From an uncultured Bacteroidales bacterium (lineage in GTDB: Bacteria; Bacteroidota; Bacteroidia; Bacteroidales; P3): DNA of 64,000 bases. The notes beneath the pieces are model-generated. The model did not search any database and was not told the origin of the DNA. It worked only from the letters and a program-made list of their open reading frames with translations. Of the stretch, positions 1 through 8,583 are shown piece after piece. The stretch spans positions 1,515 through 65,514 of the forward strand of contig CALDHX010000013.1 of assembly GCA_937901525.1 (NCBI GenBank), written 5' to 3'. The position numbers and the translations under genes were made by a program. Within the stretch, counting starts at the first letter, position 1, and every line of letters begins with the position of its first letter.

Positions 1-458
1 AATTGTGGACCCAAACCATAAATCTGTCCCCTTGCTTGTGCCGCAACACCAATTACAGTAACCATCGTATCAAAACGAAAATGCTGTCCGAAAGCCTCAG
101 GCGTATAGGAATTACGTCCAAACCATGTCCCACCAAATGAAAGCGTTGTATAATTAAAAATACAACCCCATGTAGAATCATAATATGGAATAGGTGGATA
201 AACACTTCTTCTTGCCTGACAATGATACTCTTCCATTGTCCCATCACCAAGAAGCACACCAGGAACAAAAACTCTACAATCCCATGCAGCAGAATCTGTT
301 TTAAAATCATTATTACGATAAATCAAAACCGTATCATACTGAGTAACCAATAGAGTATCTTCGCTCAATCGAGAAATAATTAAAGGTGTTTGTGCAAATT
401 GAGCATAAATACAACTACTTACAGCAACAAATAAAATAAATAAAGCTATCTTTTTCAT
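1..458 (-). CDS. Secreted hypothetical protein, N-terminal part (gene runs off the window start). Not in the ORF track.
   Basis: Manual reverse-complement translation from ATG (cat at 456-458) gives MKKIALFILFVAVSSCIYAQFAQTPLII..., a signal peptide. The frame stays open to position 3 with no stop. The track ORF 53..310 is in another frame and looks like a shadow. Confidence 0.6.
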   Translation of the reverse strand, partial: MKKIALFILFVAVSSCIYAQFAQTPLIISRLSEDTLLVTQYDTVLIYRNNDFKTDSAAWDCRVFVPGVLLGDGTMEEYHCQARRSVYPPIPYYDSTWGCIFNYTTLSFGGTWFGRNSYTPEAFGQHFRFDTMVTVIGVAAQARGQIYGLGPQ

Positions 459-471
459 ATTTAACACCCTC

Positions 472-1911
472 CTATTTATATATATTCTCCAAATTTAAGT
501 TCTCGCAATTACCAACATAATATCCTGGCGTATATTCAGGTATAATAAAACTTCCAGAAGACACATTTTTCAAATAAGAAGTCTCTATCCGTTCAGTATC
601 GTGTTTATTTATATTTATTGGAAATGGTTTATTAATTATCGTGTTACAAGCAGTTGGTGGTGTTGTTTTATGAAAATAATCATGTATTGTAGATTCTATA
701 TTTATATCATATACCCCTCCTCTATCATTCTTATCACTTGTCAATACCATTAAACGTTCATTATGATGAGAATATGCCATATCTATTATATCTTTTGATG
801 CTATACCTCTGTATATTTCTGAAGACAAAAGATTTACAAATTTTGCATCATTATAATTCTCGTTAAACTTCACTCTATTTACAATAACAGAATGCAATCT
901 ACCTGAATACATACTGAATGTTAATGCAAAATTATCACCTTCCAAGTGTTTTATTTTTACATCATATATCCCTTTTGCTATATTAGTATCAAAATATGTA
1001 TTTGTCAGATTGTCATAATATTTTACCTCCATAATATTTTTAACTATTTGCATATCAGGTGTTGTAAACTTTCTATAAGCAAGTAATTTTGATGTTCTAA
1101 CAGCATTAGGTGTATAATAATTATTCACTGTATCGAATATCAATGACACTAATTCAGCACTACCTTGCGATACACTTATATCTTGAAATTTTTCAAATAA
1201 AGTATCCTTATCTGTTTGAAAAATTCTAACTTGATCTAATGTTACATCATGCAAAAGTACACAATCAAAGTATTTATCCGGTGGATATACCCATATTGGT
1301 GAAGAGCCTGGTGATAGCGATGGCAAAGCGTATGGCTCATATTCTTTTTTTATAGTGCCCATTGCAAATACACTCGTTGAATTTAAATTATTTACATCTG
1401 GAAATGTTATTATTTTATTTATTGTATATCCTATTGGTATGTATTTTACATTATCTACTCCCGTAACAAACAAATCATTCAATGGCACACTTGCTATATA
1501 GCCCTGTCTGTTTATTGTATTGAAATAACCACAAAAATAAACGGTATCTTTATAATAATTTATGTCTGTTATTCTTACTGAATCGGGCATCGTTATAAAC
1601 AAATATTTTGTACAATCGTCCGAAACAAAATCGTCTTCTTGAGTAAGCACTATTTTTGATATTATTTTTCCATCAGATTTTTGATAATCTGTTTTTCCCA
1701 CTGTCCTATAAACAGGTGATTTGTAAAAAATAGTATCAAAATCACATATTATTGTCTTTTGTGTATGAGGAACTATGGTATCTGAATGAGATAAAAAATT
1801 TATTGGCGAAGCACTCGCTGAAAGTTGCCCACATCGAAAAGGAGCTTGCGAATATAATGATTCAACAAAAAATATCGCCAAAAATAAAACAAAGAAAAAT
1901 CGACGATTCAT
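472..1911 (-). CDS. Secreted hypothetical protein (479 aa), no recognisable domain
   Basis: Long ORF with N-terminal signal peptide MNRRFFFVLFLAIFFVESLYSQ. Own TAnnTTTG promoter upstream. Confidence 0.7.
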   Translation of the reverse strand: MNRRFFFVLFLAIFFVESLYSQAPFRCGQLSASASPINFLSHSDTIVPHTQKTIICDFDTIFYKSPVYRTVGKTDYQKSDGKIISKIVLTQEDDFVSDDCTKYLFITMPDSVRITDINYYKDTVYFCGYFNTINRQGYIASVPLNDLFVTGVDNVKYIPIGYTINKIITFPDVNNLNSTSVFAMGTIKKEYEPYALPSLSPGSSPIWVYPPDKYFDCVLLHDVTLDQVRIFQTDKDTLFEKFQDISVSQGSAELVSLIFDTVNNYYTPNAVRTSKLLAYRKFTTPDMQIVKNIMEVKYYDNLTNTYFDTNIAKGIYDVKIKHLEGDNFALTFSMYSGRLHSVIVNRVKFNENYNDAKFVNLLSSEIYRGIASKDIIDMAYSHHNERLMVLTSDKNDRGGVYDINIESTIHDYFHKTTPPTACNTIINKPFPININKHDTERIETSYLKNVSSGSFIIPEYTPGYYVGNCENLNLENIYK

Positions 1912-1935
1912 AAGACTCTTTTTTTAATTGCGAGA

Positions 1936-1943
1936 CAAACATA
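1936..1943 (-). promoter_or_regulatory. -7 box TATGTTTG (minus strand) for CDS 472..1911. The -33 TTTG is at 1962-1965.
   Basis: caaacata on the plus strand is TATGTTTG on the minus strand, 25 nt upstream of the ATG. G-to-G distance to the -33 box is 26 nt. The spacer contains a T9 run (1945-1953). Confidence 0.55.
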
Positions 1944-1990
1944 CAAAAAAAAATGAATCGCCAAAATTTTTCAAAGAAAAAACAAAATAA

Positions 1991-2041
1991 ATCAAAGAAA
2001 AAAAGGATTTTTTCAATGAAAAAATCCTTTTTTTCTTTGAT
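1991..2041. terminator. Perfect 51-nt palindrome (25-bp arms), likely terminator of CDS 2061..3812
   Basis: atcaaagaaaaaaaggattttttca-a-tgaaaaaatcctttttttctttgat, checked base by base. It lies 20 nt downstream of the stop of the upstream minus-strand gene and has T-rich flanks on both strands. Confidence 0.6.
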
Positions 2042-2060
2042 TTTTTAAACTATATCTTTA

Positions 2061-3812
2061 TTATCTATTTACAGATATTTTCTTTGATGTGATACCTGAG
2101 TTAGATATTATCTTAACAAAGTAAGCTCCGTTGCTAAGGTTTGAAGTATTTATTTCAAATTTATTGTTTCCTGTTGCCAATGAAACTTCTCCTAATGAAA
2201 TCACTTCTCTTCCTAACATATCTACAACAGAAATATTAGCGTGAGTTGATTCTAACATAGAGATTTCAAGATTTAACATATCATTAACAGGGTTTGGATA
2301 AGCCAATGTTTGAAGTATTGCTCCTTCTGCTTGTTCTAATCCTACTAATGAAAGTATCTTAATATCAACTGCTTTGTAATCATCATAAGAAGAACCTGTT
2401 CCGTTTACTAATCTTGTTTCTGAACCATCGTAGATTTTGTATGTTGTACCACCATCTCCATATGAGTCAAATATTTCAAATACATAGCAACCAGTTTCAG
2501 TTAATGGAACTTCTACTGTATCTCTTACAACTACTTGTTGCGGATAGTAATCTGCTTCTTCTAATACATTACCATTTCCATCAGAAAGTTTCCAACTGCA
2601 TTCGTAAGCATATTGGTCTGTTTTTATGATAATTTTAAGTTTATCTCCGTTTCCTTCTTTTGGAGCGTCTTTCTTAATTGTTGCAGTCTTTTGTGCATCT
2701 TCAATAGGTGTACCATTTATTGAAACAACTTTTGCAAATACGTTTGTATTTTGACCAACATTTACTGCTACATCAGGTAATTCAACGAATACTTCTTGAT
2801 CTGATGTAATGCTTCCTGTCCAATCAAAAGTTTGTTCTGCTGTTACTGCTGATCCGTAAGCAATTTGCATATTTGTTATTGTACTTGCTCCATAGTTGTA
2901 AACTTTTAAAGCAAGAGAAGCTAAATCGTTACAACCATTTTGACCTTGTGCAGACATTGTTGTTGACATAGCTGCAAGTTCTGGAAGATTTGTAACTGTA
3001 GGTTTGCATTCTGAACCTGTATAGATTTCTTGTTGATCTCTTGCAACAAAGACTACTAATTTTAAGTGTCCAAGTTTTACTAATTCATTGCTGATTGAGC
3101 CAGGAATATTGTAAGTATATGTTCTTTGAATCAAAGTTCCAGCAGGAATAACATTTGATCCTTCTGGTGCAGTGATGTCATCACCCCATTGACCTGTTAA
3201 CATATCTCTCAACATATTCATGTGAATATATTGACCATCAGCTGTAACTTGTGAAGGGTTTGCACTTGCTCCTGATTGTGGTCCAATAATTGAGTCTTGT
3301 AATAAAACAACGTTTAATTTGTTTGAAGCAGTTGCTGCATCTGCTGTGTAATATGCCTCAACGTTTACTGTCATAACTCTTGTTGTTGCATCAATGCTTG
3401 CTTGTGCTGCAACGTTTACGAAAGATGCTTCTGCAAGAATTTGATTTCCACGAGATACAAATTCTCCTCTATTTAATATTGTTGCACCTCCTGAAAATGA
3501 GTGTCTATTTACTGTTCCAGCAGGGAATCCTTGCAATCCTGTTTGATTCATTATTGCTGTTCCCCATTGAGTTTGGTACATTGCTGCATAACTTCCTGTA
3601 TGTATGTTTATACCGAATACTCTTCCTGGATTGTCTTCTTCGTATTCTTTTACGATTCTGTGTCCGTCTGGACAATATCCACAATTTATACCTGTGAATT
3701 CTTCAAGAATAACATTTTTGTTAGCGGCTTCTGTTGATACAAACTGAGGAGTTTGTGCAGATACTGCAAAAGCTGCAAATAATCCTAAAAATGATAATAC
3801 AATTTTCTTCAT
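2061..3812 (-). CDS. Omp28-related thioredoxin-like (CxxC) surface protein with T9SS C-terminal sorting domain
   Basis: Signal peptide MKKIVLSFLGLFAAFAVSAQ. N-terminal EEFTGINCGYCPDGH motif typical of Omp28-related proteins. C-terminus LAYPNPVNDMLNLEI...GAYFVKIISNSGITSKKISVNR matches the T9SS type A CTD pattern. Confidence 0.75.
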   Translation of the reverse strand: MKKIVLSFLGLFAAFAVSAQTPQFVSTEAANKNVILEEFTGINCGYCPDGHRIVKEYEEDNPGRVFGINIHTGSYAAMYQTQWGTAIMNQTGLQGFPAGTVNRHSFSGGATILNRGEFVSRGNQILAEASFVNVAAQASIDATTRVMTVNVEAYYTADAATASNKLNVVLLQDSIIGPQSGASANPSQVTADGQYIHMNMLRDMLTGQWGDDITAPEGSNVIPAGTLIQRTYTYNIPGSISNELVKLGHLKLVVFVARDQQEIYTGSECKPTVTNLPELAAMSTTMSAQGQNGCNDLASLALKVYNYGASTITNMQIAYGSAVTAEQTFDWTGSITSDQEVFVELPDVAVNVGQNTNVFAKVVSINGTPIEDAQKTATIKKDAPKEGNGDKLKIIIKTDQYAYECSWKLSDGNGNVLEEADYYPQQVVVRDTVEVPLTETGCYVFEIFDSYGDGGTTYKIYDGSETRLVNGTGSSYDDYKAVDIKILSLVGLEQAEGAILQTLAYPNPVNDMLNLEISMLESTHANISVVDMLGREVISLGEVSLATGNNKFEINTSNLSNGAYFVKIISNSGITSKKISVNR

Positions 3813-3940
3813 ACTCTAAATTATTTAATGGTTTTAGATTGCGAAAATACGCTTTTTTAATGAATTGACAAATTTTCAGTAAAAAAATATAAAATAAACA
3901 TTAGTTATTTTTTATTTGCAAGTCTTAATGCTTTTTTATG

Positions 3941-3948
3941 TATCTTTG
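3941..3948 (+). promoter_or_regulatory. -7 box TATCTTTG for dxs
   Basis: Exact TAnnTTTG. It lies inside the track ORF 5' extension (3938), which argues for a downstream start codon. Confidence 0.55.
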
Positions 3949-3955
3949 CAATCAA

Positions 3956-5866
3956 ATGTTAGCAGATATGATTTCTACATATAAACAAGGAAATATTTTA
4001 AAGCGAATTAATTCACCAAGTGATTTAAAATCACTAAGTAAGGAAGAACTTTCAATTCTTGCAAAACAAGTAAGAGAGTATATATTGGAAGTGTTGAGTG
4101 AAAATCCTGGGCATTTAGCTTCAAGTCTTGGTGCTGTGGAACTAACAATTGCTTTACACAAAGTTTTTAATGCTCCCGAAGATCCTATTGTATGGGACGT
4201 AGGTCATCAAGCATACGTGCATAAGGTATTAACGGGTAGAAAAGATGAGTTTGTTAATATTAGAAAATTTGGAGGATTGAGTGGTTTCCCTAAAAGAAGT
4301 GAAAGTAAGTATGATTCTTTTGGTGTGGGACATGCCTCTACTTCTATTTCTGCTGCTTTGGCAATGGCTATTGCAGATAAATTGCAAGAAAAAGATAATC
4401 ATCATATTGCAGTTATTGGAGATGGTTCAATGACTGGTGGAATGGCATTTGAGGCTTTGAATCATGCTGGCTCTACTGATGCTAACTTGCTTGTAATTCT
4501 TAACGATAATGGAATTTCTATTGATAAGCGTGTTGGTGCTATGAGTCAATATTTGACAATGATAACATCTTCTGCTACTTATAATAGGGTTAAAAATAAG
4601 GTATGGAATCTTATGGGAGGTAACACTTCTAATAATAAGCCAAAAAGCTTTTTTAAGAAAGTGTCTTTCTCTGTTAAGTCTATGTTTTCTGGAAAGAGTA
4701 ATTTTTTTGAGGCTCTTAACATAAGATATTTTGGACCTGTTGATGGTCATGATTTGAATAGCCTTATTAAGACATTAGAGGATTTAAAAAATATAAAAGG
4801 TCCTAAATTATTACACATAATTACTAAAAAGGGAAAGGGACTTCCTATTGCCGAAAGTAATCCTACTACTTATCATGCACCTGGAATATTTAATCCTTTA
4901 ACAGGAGAAATACCCGAAAAGAAAACTTCTGATGAGATTCTTAAATTTCAAGATGTGTTTGGTGAGACTTTGGTTGAACTTGCAAAAGAAAACAAGAAAA
5001 TTGTCGGCATTACGCCTGCTATGCTCAGTGGTTGTTCAATGAATAAATTGCAAGAAGTTTTCCCTGAACGTACTTTTGACGTGGGAATTGCAGAAGAGCA
5101 TGCTGTTACTTTGAGTGCTGGTTTTGCTTGTCAAGGATTGATTCCTGTTTGTAATATATATTCTTCTTTTATGCAAAGAGCATACGATCAATTGATTCAT
5201 GATATTGCTTTACAGGGACTTGGGGTTGTAATATGTCTTGATAGAGCTGGTTTGGTTGGTGAAGACGGCGCTACTCATCATGGAGCTTTTGACTTGGCTT
5301 ACTTAAATTGTGTGCCAAATATAATAGTGGCTGCTCCAAGTGATGAGAATGATTTGAGAAATATGCTTTATACTGCTGTAAATCAAAAATCACCTTTTGT
5401 TATTCGTTATCCAAGAGGTAAGGGATATTTAAAAGATTGGCATAACGATATGAAAAATATCGAAATTGGTAAAGGCGTCAAAGTGAAAGACGGAAAGGAA
5501 GTTGCTATTCTATGTATCGGAAATACAATCCACATAGCAAAACAAGTTGCAAAAGAACTTGCAGAAAAGAATTTAGATATTGCTTTATTTGACTTTAAGT
5601 TTTTGAAACCTCTTGACAAGGAGTTAGCTAAACAAGCCTTAGAATCATACGATTATATCATAACTATGGAAGATGGAACCATAAACGGAGGGTTCGGAAG
5701 CAGTATTATAGAATTTGCTGTTAGCAATAATTTACACAAAACGATAGAAAGAATAGGAATACCTGACGAATTTATTGAGCAAGGTAGTGTAAAAGAGCTA
5801 CAAAAACTTTGTAAAATAGATTGCGAAAGTGTTAAGGAAAGAATTTTAAAGTTTAAAAATCTTTAA
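3956..5866 (+). CDS. dxs: 1-deoxy-D-xylulose-5-phosphate synthase
   Basis: Full-length similarity pattern to Dxs: SPSDLKSL N-terminus, GHQAYVHKVLTGR, thiamine-diphosphate motif GDGSMTGGMAFEALN, transketolase-like C-terminal half. Start set at ATG 3956 (3968 also possible) because the -7 box overlaps the ATG at 3938. Confidence 0.93.
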   Translation: MLADMISTYKQGNILKRINSPSDLKSLSKEELSILAKQVREYILEVLSENPGHLASSLGAVELTIALHKVFNAPEDPIVWDVGHQAYVHKVLTGRKDEFVNIRKFGGLSGFPKRSESKYDSFGVGHASTSISAALAMAIADKLQEKDNHHIAVIGDGSMTGGMAFEALNHAGSTDANLLVILNDNGISIDKRVGAMSQYLTMITSSATYNRVKNKVWNLMGGNTSNNKPKSFFKKVSFSVKSMFSGKSNFFEALNIRYFGPVDGHDLNSLIKTLEDLKNIKGPKLLHIITKKGKGLPIAESNPTTYHAPGIFNPLTGEIPEKKTSDEILKFQDVFGETLVELAKENKKIVGITPAMLSGCSMNKLQEVFPERTFDVGIAEEHAVTLSAGFACQGLIPVCNIYSSFMQRAYDQLIHDIALQGLGVVICLDRAGLVGEDGATHHGAFDLAYLNCVPNIIVAAPSDENDLRNMLYTAVNQKSPFVIRYPRGKGYLKDWHNDMKNIEIGKGVKVKDGKEVAILCIGNTIHIAKQVAKELAEKNLDIALFDFKFLKPLDKELAKQALESYDYIITMEDGTINGGFGSSIIEFAVSNNLHKTIERIGIPDEFIEQGSVKELQKLCKIDCESVKERILKFKNL

Positions 5867-6261
5867 TAGATTAGTATTTCTCCTATTATTTTGTTGTTTA
5901 TAGATATTTTATAACTTCCTGAGGGTATGTTTCCTATTGTGTAGGACATATTCTTAGGACATTTGCAATCAGTGTTTGTTTCTGTTTGCTCTGTTATTTG
6001 TATTATGTTATTTTTTATTGTTGCGGAAATTTTCACTTCTCCTTTACAAGGGTAAAAATTGTTGATTTTATTTATTGTCAACACAGATGTTGAGCTATGA
6101 TAGCTAAACGCGGCGTCCTTTTCTGTTATTTTCCCATTTTCATTTGGTATACATTCTTCTATGTAATTGATTGTTGTGCTTAGCTTAGATTTTTCATTGT
6201 TACATGAGGATATGAAAATTAGCATAAATAAGAATAGTGTAAGAATATTTGTTTTCTTCAT
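5863..6261 (-). CDS. Small lipoprotein, function unknown
   Basis: Signal peptide plus lipobox LIFISSC, 132 aa. Tightly packed behind the LRR gene with a 3-nt gap. Confidence 0.6.
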   Translation of the reverse strand: MKKTNILTLFLFMLIFISSCNNEKSKLSTTINYIEECIPNENGKITEKDAAFSYHSSTSVLTINKINNFYPCKGEVKISATIKNNIIQITEQTETNTDCKCPKNMSYTIGNIPSGSYKISINNKIIGEILIY

Positions 6262-6264
6262 GTT

Positions 6265-8580
6265 CTACTTTTGTAATATTACTTTTAATGTTTGTACTCC
6301 TTCGTTGGTTGTTACTCTTAAATTATATGTACCTGATGGAATAACTGATATATCTATTATTGATTGATTTTCAAATGAAATTATTAATTGTCCTGCTGTA
6401 TTTAGCACTTCTATTTGTTTTGCTTTTTTACTTAAATAAACAACTCCTCTTGTTGGATTAGGGTAACAGGTTAATTGTTCTATTGGAGTTATGTTTTCAA
6501 TAAGTGAAAATTTAGCTGTGTAGTTTTGTTCTTTTTCTGTTAGTATTACTTTTCTTGGATTTTCTTTTTCTCCATCTGTCCATTCAATAAATTGATAGCC
6601 ATTGAATGGTTCTGCTTTTATGGTAACTTCTGTATTTGGTTCATATAGTCCGCTTCCAGAAACATTTCCCATTGTTTTATCTTCGGCTGTTACTTCAATA
6701 GTGTATTTTTCTATTTCAACTTTTGCATAAGAGATAGTATCTTCCTTTGTTATTACTTGATTTTCTTTTACTGAAACTTCTTTCTGTATTGTCTCTTTTT
6801 CTTTTATTGGTGTAATTTCTTTTTGTTCTGTATTTACTCTTTGTGGTATTTCTATCTCTTTTGGCTTTTCTATTTGATAGATTGGTATTTTTACTTCTGG
6901 AATTTTTATATTATCCGCAATTAAAGGTAATAATACTTGATTATTTGTTGTAATAGAATCGGTTAATTCTGCATCTATTATTATTTCACTGATTTTCTTT
7001 TCTAAGTTCAAAGAAAGTAAAAAACTATCTTTTTCTACTGGTACTGTGATAACTATATCTTTTGGCAAATTTTTCCAAGTGTTATCGTAAATTTTTATTG
7101 GTTTTGTGTCTTTAAATGATAGTTGTTTTAATTTTTTGCAATTGTTAAATGCATAGTCAGATATTATTTCAAGGTTTGTGTTGAATAGTACAGATTTCAA
7201 ATTAACACATTGTTCAAAGGCTCCTAATCCTATTGTATTTAGATATGGAGGAAATTCTATTGAGCTTAAACTTGAACATTTATAAAACGCATAATTGCCT
7301 ATTGATTTTATATTCTCGCCAAAAGTAACTTTTTCTAATTTTGAACAAGTGTAAAATGTGTAATTTCTAATAGTATCTAAATTGCAAAGTTCTACTTGTT
7401 TTAAACTTGAACATTCTGTAAATGCAAATTCTCCTATTTCTTTTACTTTTGATAAGTCTATCTGTTTTAAATTTCTACATCTTTCAAAGGCATATTTCCC
7501 TATGGTCGTTACAGATGCTATATCTATTGATTTAAGATTTGAACAATTTTGGAAAGTATATCTGCCTATTGTATTTACTGCCGATGGAATATTTATTTGT
7601 TCTAAACTTACACAATTAGCAAAGGCTGCATTACCTATTGAGGTAACTGAGGTAGGAATATTTATGTTTTTTAAGTTTTTGCAATATTCAAAAGCGTTGT
7701 TATCTATTAATTCTATTGTGTGTGGTAATATTATTGTTGTTAAATTATAACAATATTTAAAGACTGAATTGTTTATTGTAGTTATTGAGTAAGGAATGTC
7801 TATTGAGGTTAGTGCTATACATGAGGCAAAGGACAATGCTCCTAAAAATTCAAGCGATGTTGGTAATGTTATTTTTTCAAGTTTGGTACAAGAAAAAAAG
7901 GCTTTGTCTTCTATTGATTTTAGATTTAATGGAAGTGATATATTATCTAAATTTCTACAAAATGCAAATGCAGATTCTCCTATGGTCTCTACTTTGTTTG
8001 GTATTTGTATGTTTCTAAGTTTTTCGCAAGAATAAAATGCGTATGATTCTATCTTGTTTAAATTATCTGGAAGTAATATTTGTTCTAATGAAATACAGTT
8101 TGAAAATGCATGCTTTGATATTTCTATTATGGAATTAGGTAAATTGATTTTTTGTAATTTTCTACAAGATAAAAATGCAGAGACTCCTATTTTTTGTAAT
8201 TTAGTTCCAATTTTTACTTCTCTTAAATTAGAGCAACCTTTAAAGGCTTCATTACCTATTATTGTTATAGAATCAGATATTGTTACTGATTTTAAATTCA
8301 TACAATTACTGAAAGCGTTATTTTCTATTGCTTTTACTACATAATGAACTCCATTATATTCTACAATATTTGGTATTATCAATTCTCCTGCGGGTTTTTC
8401 ATAGCCTATATACGAAGCTCCTATTGTATTGCTTACTGGTGCTGTTACAATAACAGTTGTTGTTTGTTCATCAATATTATAATATAATACTTGACCTGTT
8501 GGAGATGTCCTACTAAAATCAAATGCTATTGTTCTAATACATATAAGTAAAAAAAGGATTGTTATAATTGTTCTCTTCAC
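6265..8580 (-). CDS. BspA-like leucine-rich-repeat surface protein with Listeria-Bacteroides repeat domain and T9SS C-terminal sorting domain
   Basis: About 18 tandem ~23-aa repeats of the form IxIPxSVxxIGxxAFxxCxxLxx. A GYQFIEWTDG motif follows. C-terminus CYPNPTRGVVYLS...GTYNLRVTTNEGVQTLKVILQK. Confidence 0.85.
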   Translation of the reverse strand: MKRTIITILFLLICIRTIAFDFSRTSPTGQVLYYNIDEQTTTVIVTAPVSNTIGASYIGYEKPAGELIIPNIVEYNGVHYVVKAIENNAFSNCMNLKSVTISDSITIIGNEAFKGCSNLREVKIGTKLQKIGVSAFLSCRKLQKINLPNSIIEISKHAFSNCISLEQILLPDNLNKIESYAFYSCEKLRNIQIPNKVETIGESAFAFCRNLDNISLPLNLKSIEDKAFFSCTKLEKITLPTSLEFLGALSFASCIALTSIDIPYSITTINNSVFKYCYNLTTIILPHTIELIDNNAFEYCKNLKNINIPTSVTSIGNAAFANCVSLEQINIPSAVNTIGRYTFQNCSNLKSIDIASVTTIGKYAFERCRNLKQIDLSKVKEIGEFAFTECSSLKQVELCNLDTIRNYTFYTCSKLEKVTFGENIKSIGNYAFYKCSSLSSIEFPPYLNTIGLGAFEQCVNLKSVLFNTNLEIISDYAFNNCKKLKQLSFKDTKPIKIYDNTWKNLPKDIVITVPVEKDSFLLSLNLEKKISEIIIDAELTDSITTNNQVLLPLIADNIKIPEVKIPIYQIEKPKEIEIPQRVNTEQKEITPIKEKETIQKEVSVKENQVITKEDTISYAKVEIEKYTIEVTAEDKTMGNVSGSGLYEPNTEVTIKAEPFNGYQFIEWTDGEKENPRKVILTEKEQNYTAKFSLIENITPIEQLTCYPNPTRGVVYLSKKAKQIEVLNTAGQLIISFENQSIIDISVIPSGTYNLRVTTNEGVQTLKVILQK
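7120..8385 (-). repeat. Tandem ~69-nt (23-aa) LRR coding repeats, about 18 units; boundaries approximate
   Basis: Recurring xxAF...C..L..I motifs counted in the translated protein. The four plus-strand track ORFs at 7382-8344 are antisense shadows of this repeat. Confidence 0.7.
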
Positions 8581-8583
8581 TAT

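Noticed and set aside
3813-3955. I looked for riboswitch or leader structures upstream of dxs, the ahcY unit, the patB-like gene and the carboxyltransferase operon, and for a small RNA in the 323-nt gap 43692-44014.
   Set aside because: The leaders are too short (0-45 nt) to hold known riboswitch folds, and no conserved riboswitch core motifs were seen. The plus-strand TACTTTTG at 43755-43762 is followed only by a 6-codon ORF and a weak hairpin, which is not enough to call an sRNA.
7382-8344. Four plus-strand ORFs of 77-122 aa lie inside the LRR gene. The many antisense ORFs of 60-180 aa inside other long genes (for example 29794..30336 and 18738..19184) raise the same question.
   Set aside because: They are antisense shadows of strongly supported genes in AT-rich, repeat-rich sequence. 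They have no promoters, no signal of independent conservation and biased low-complexity composition.
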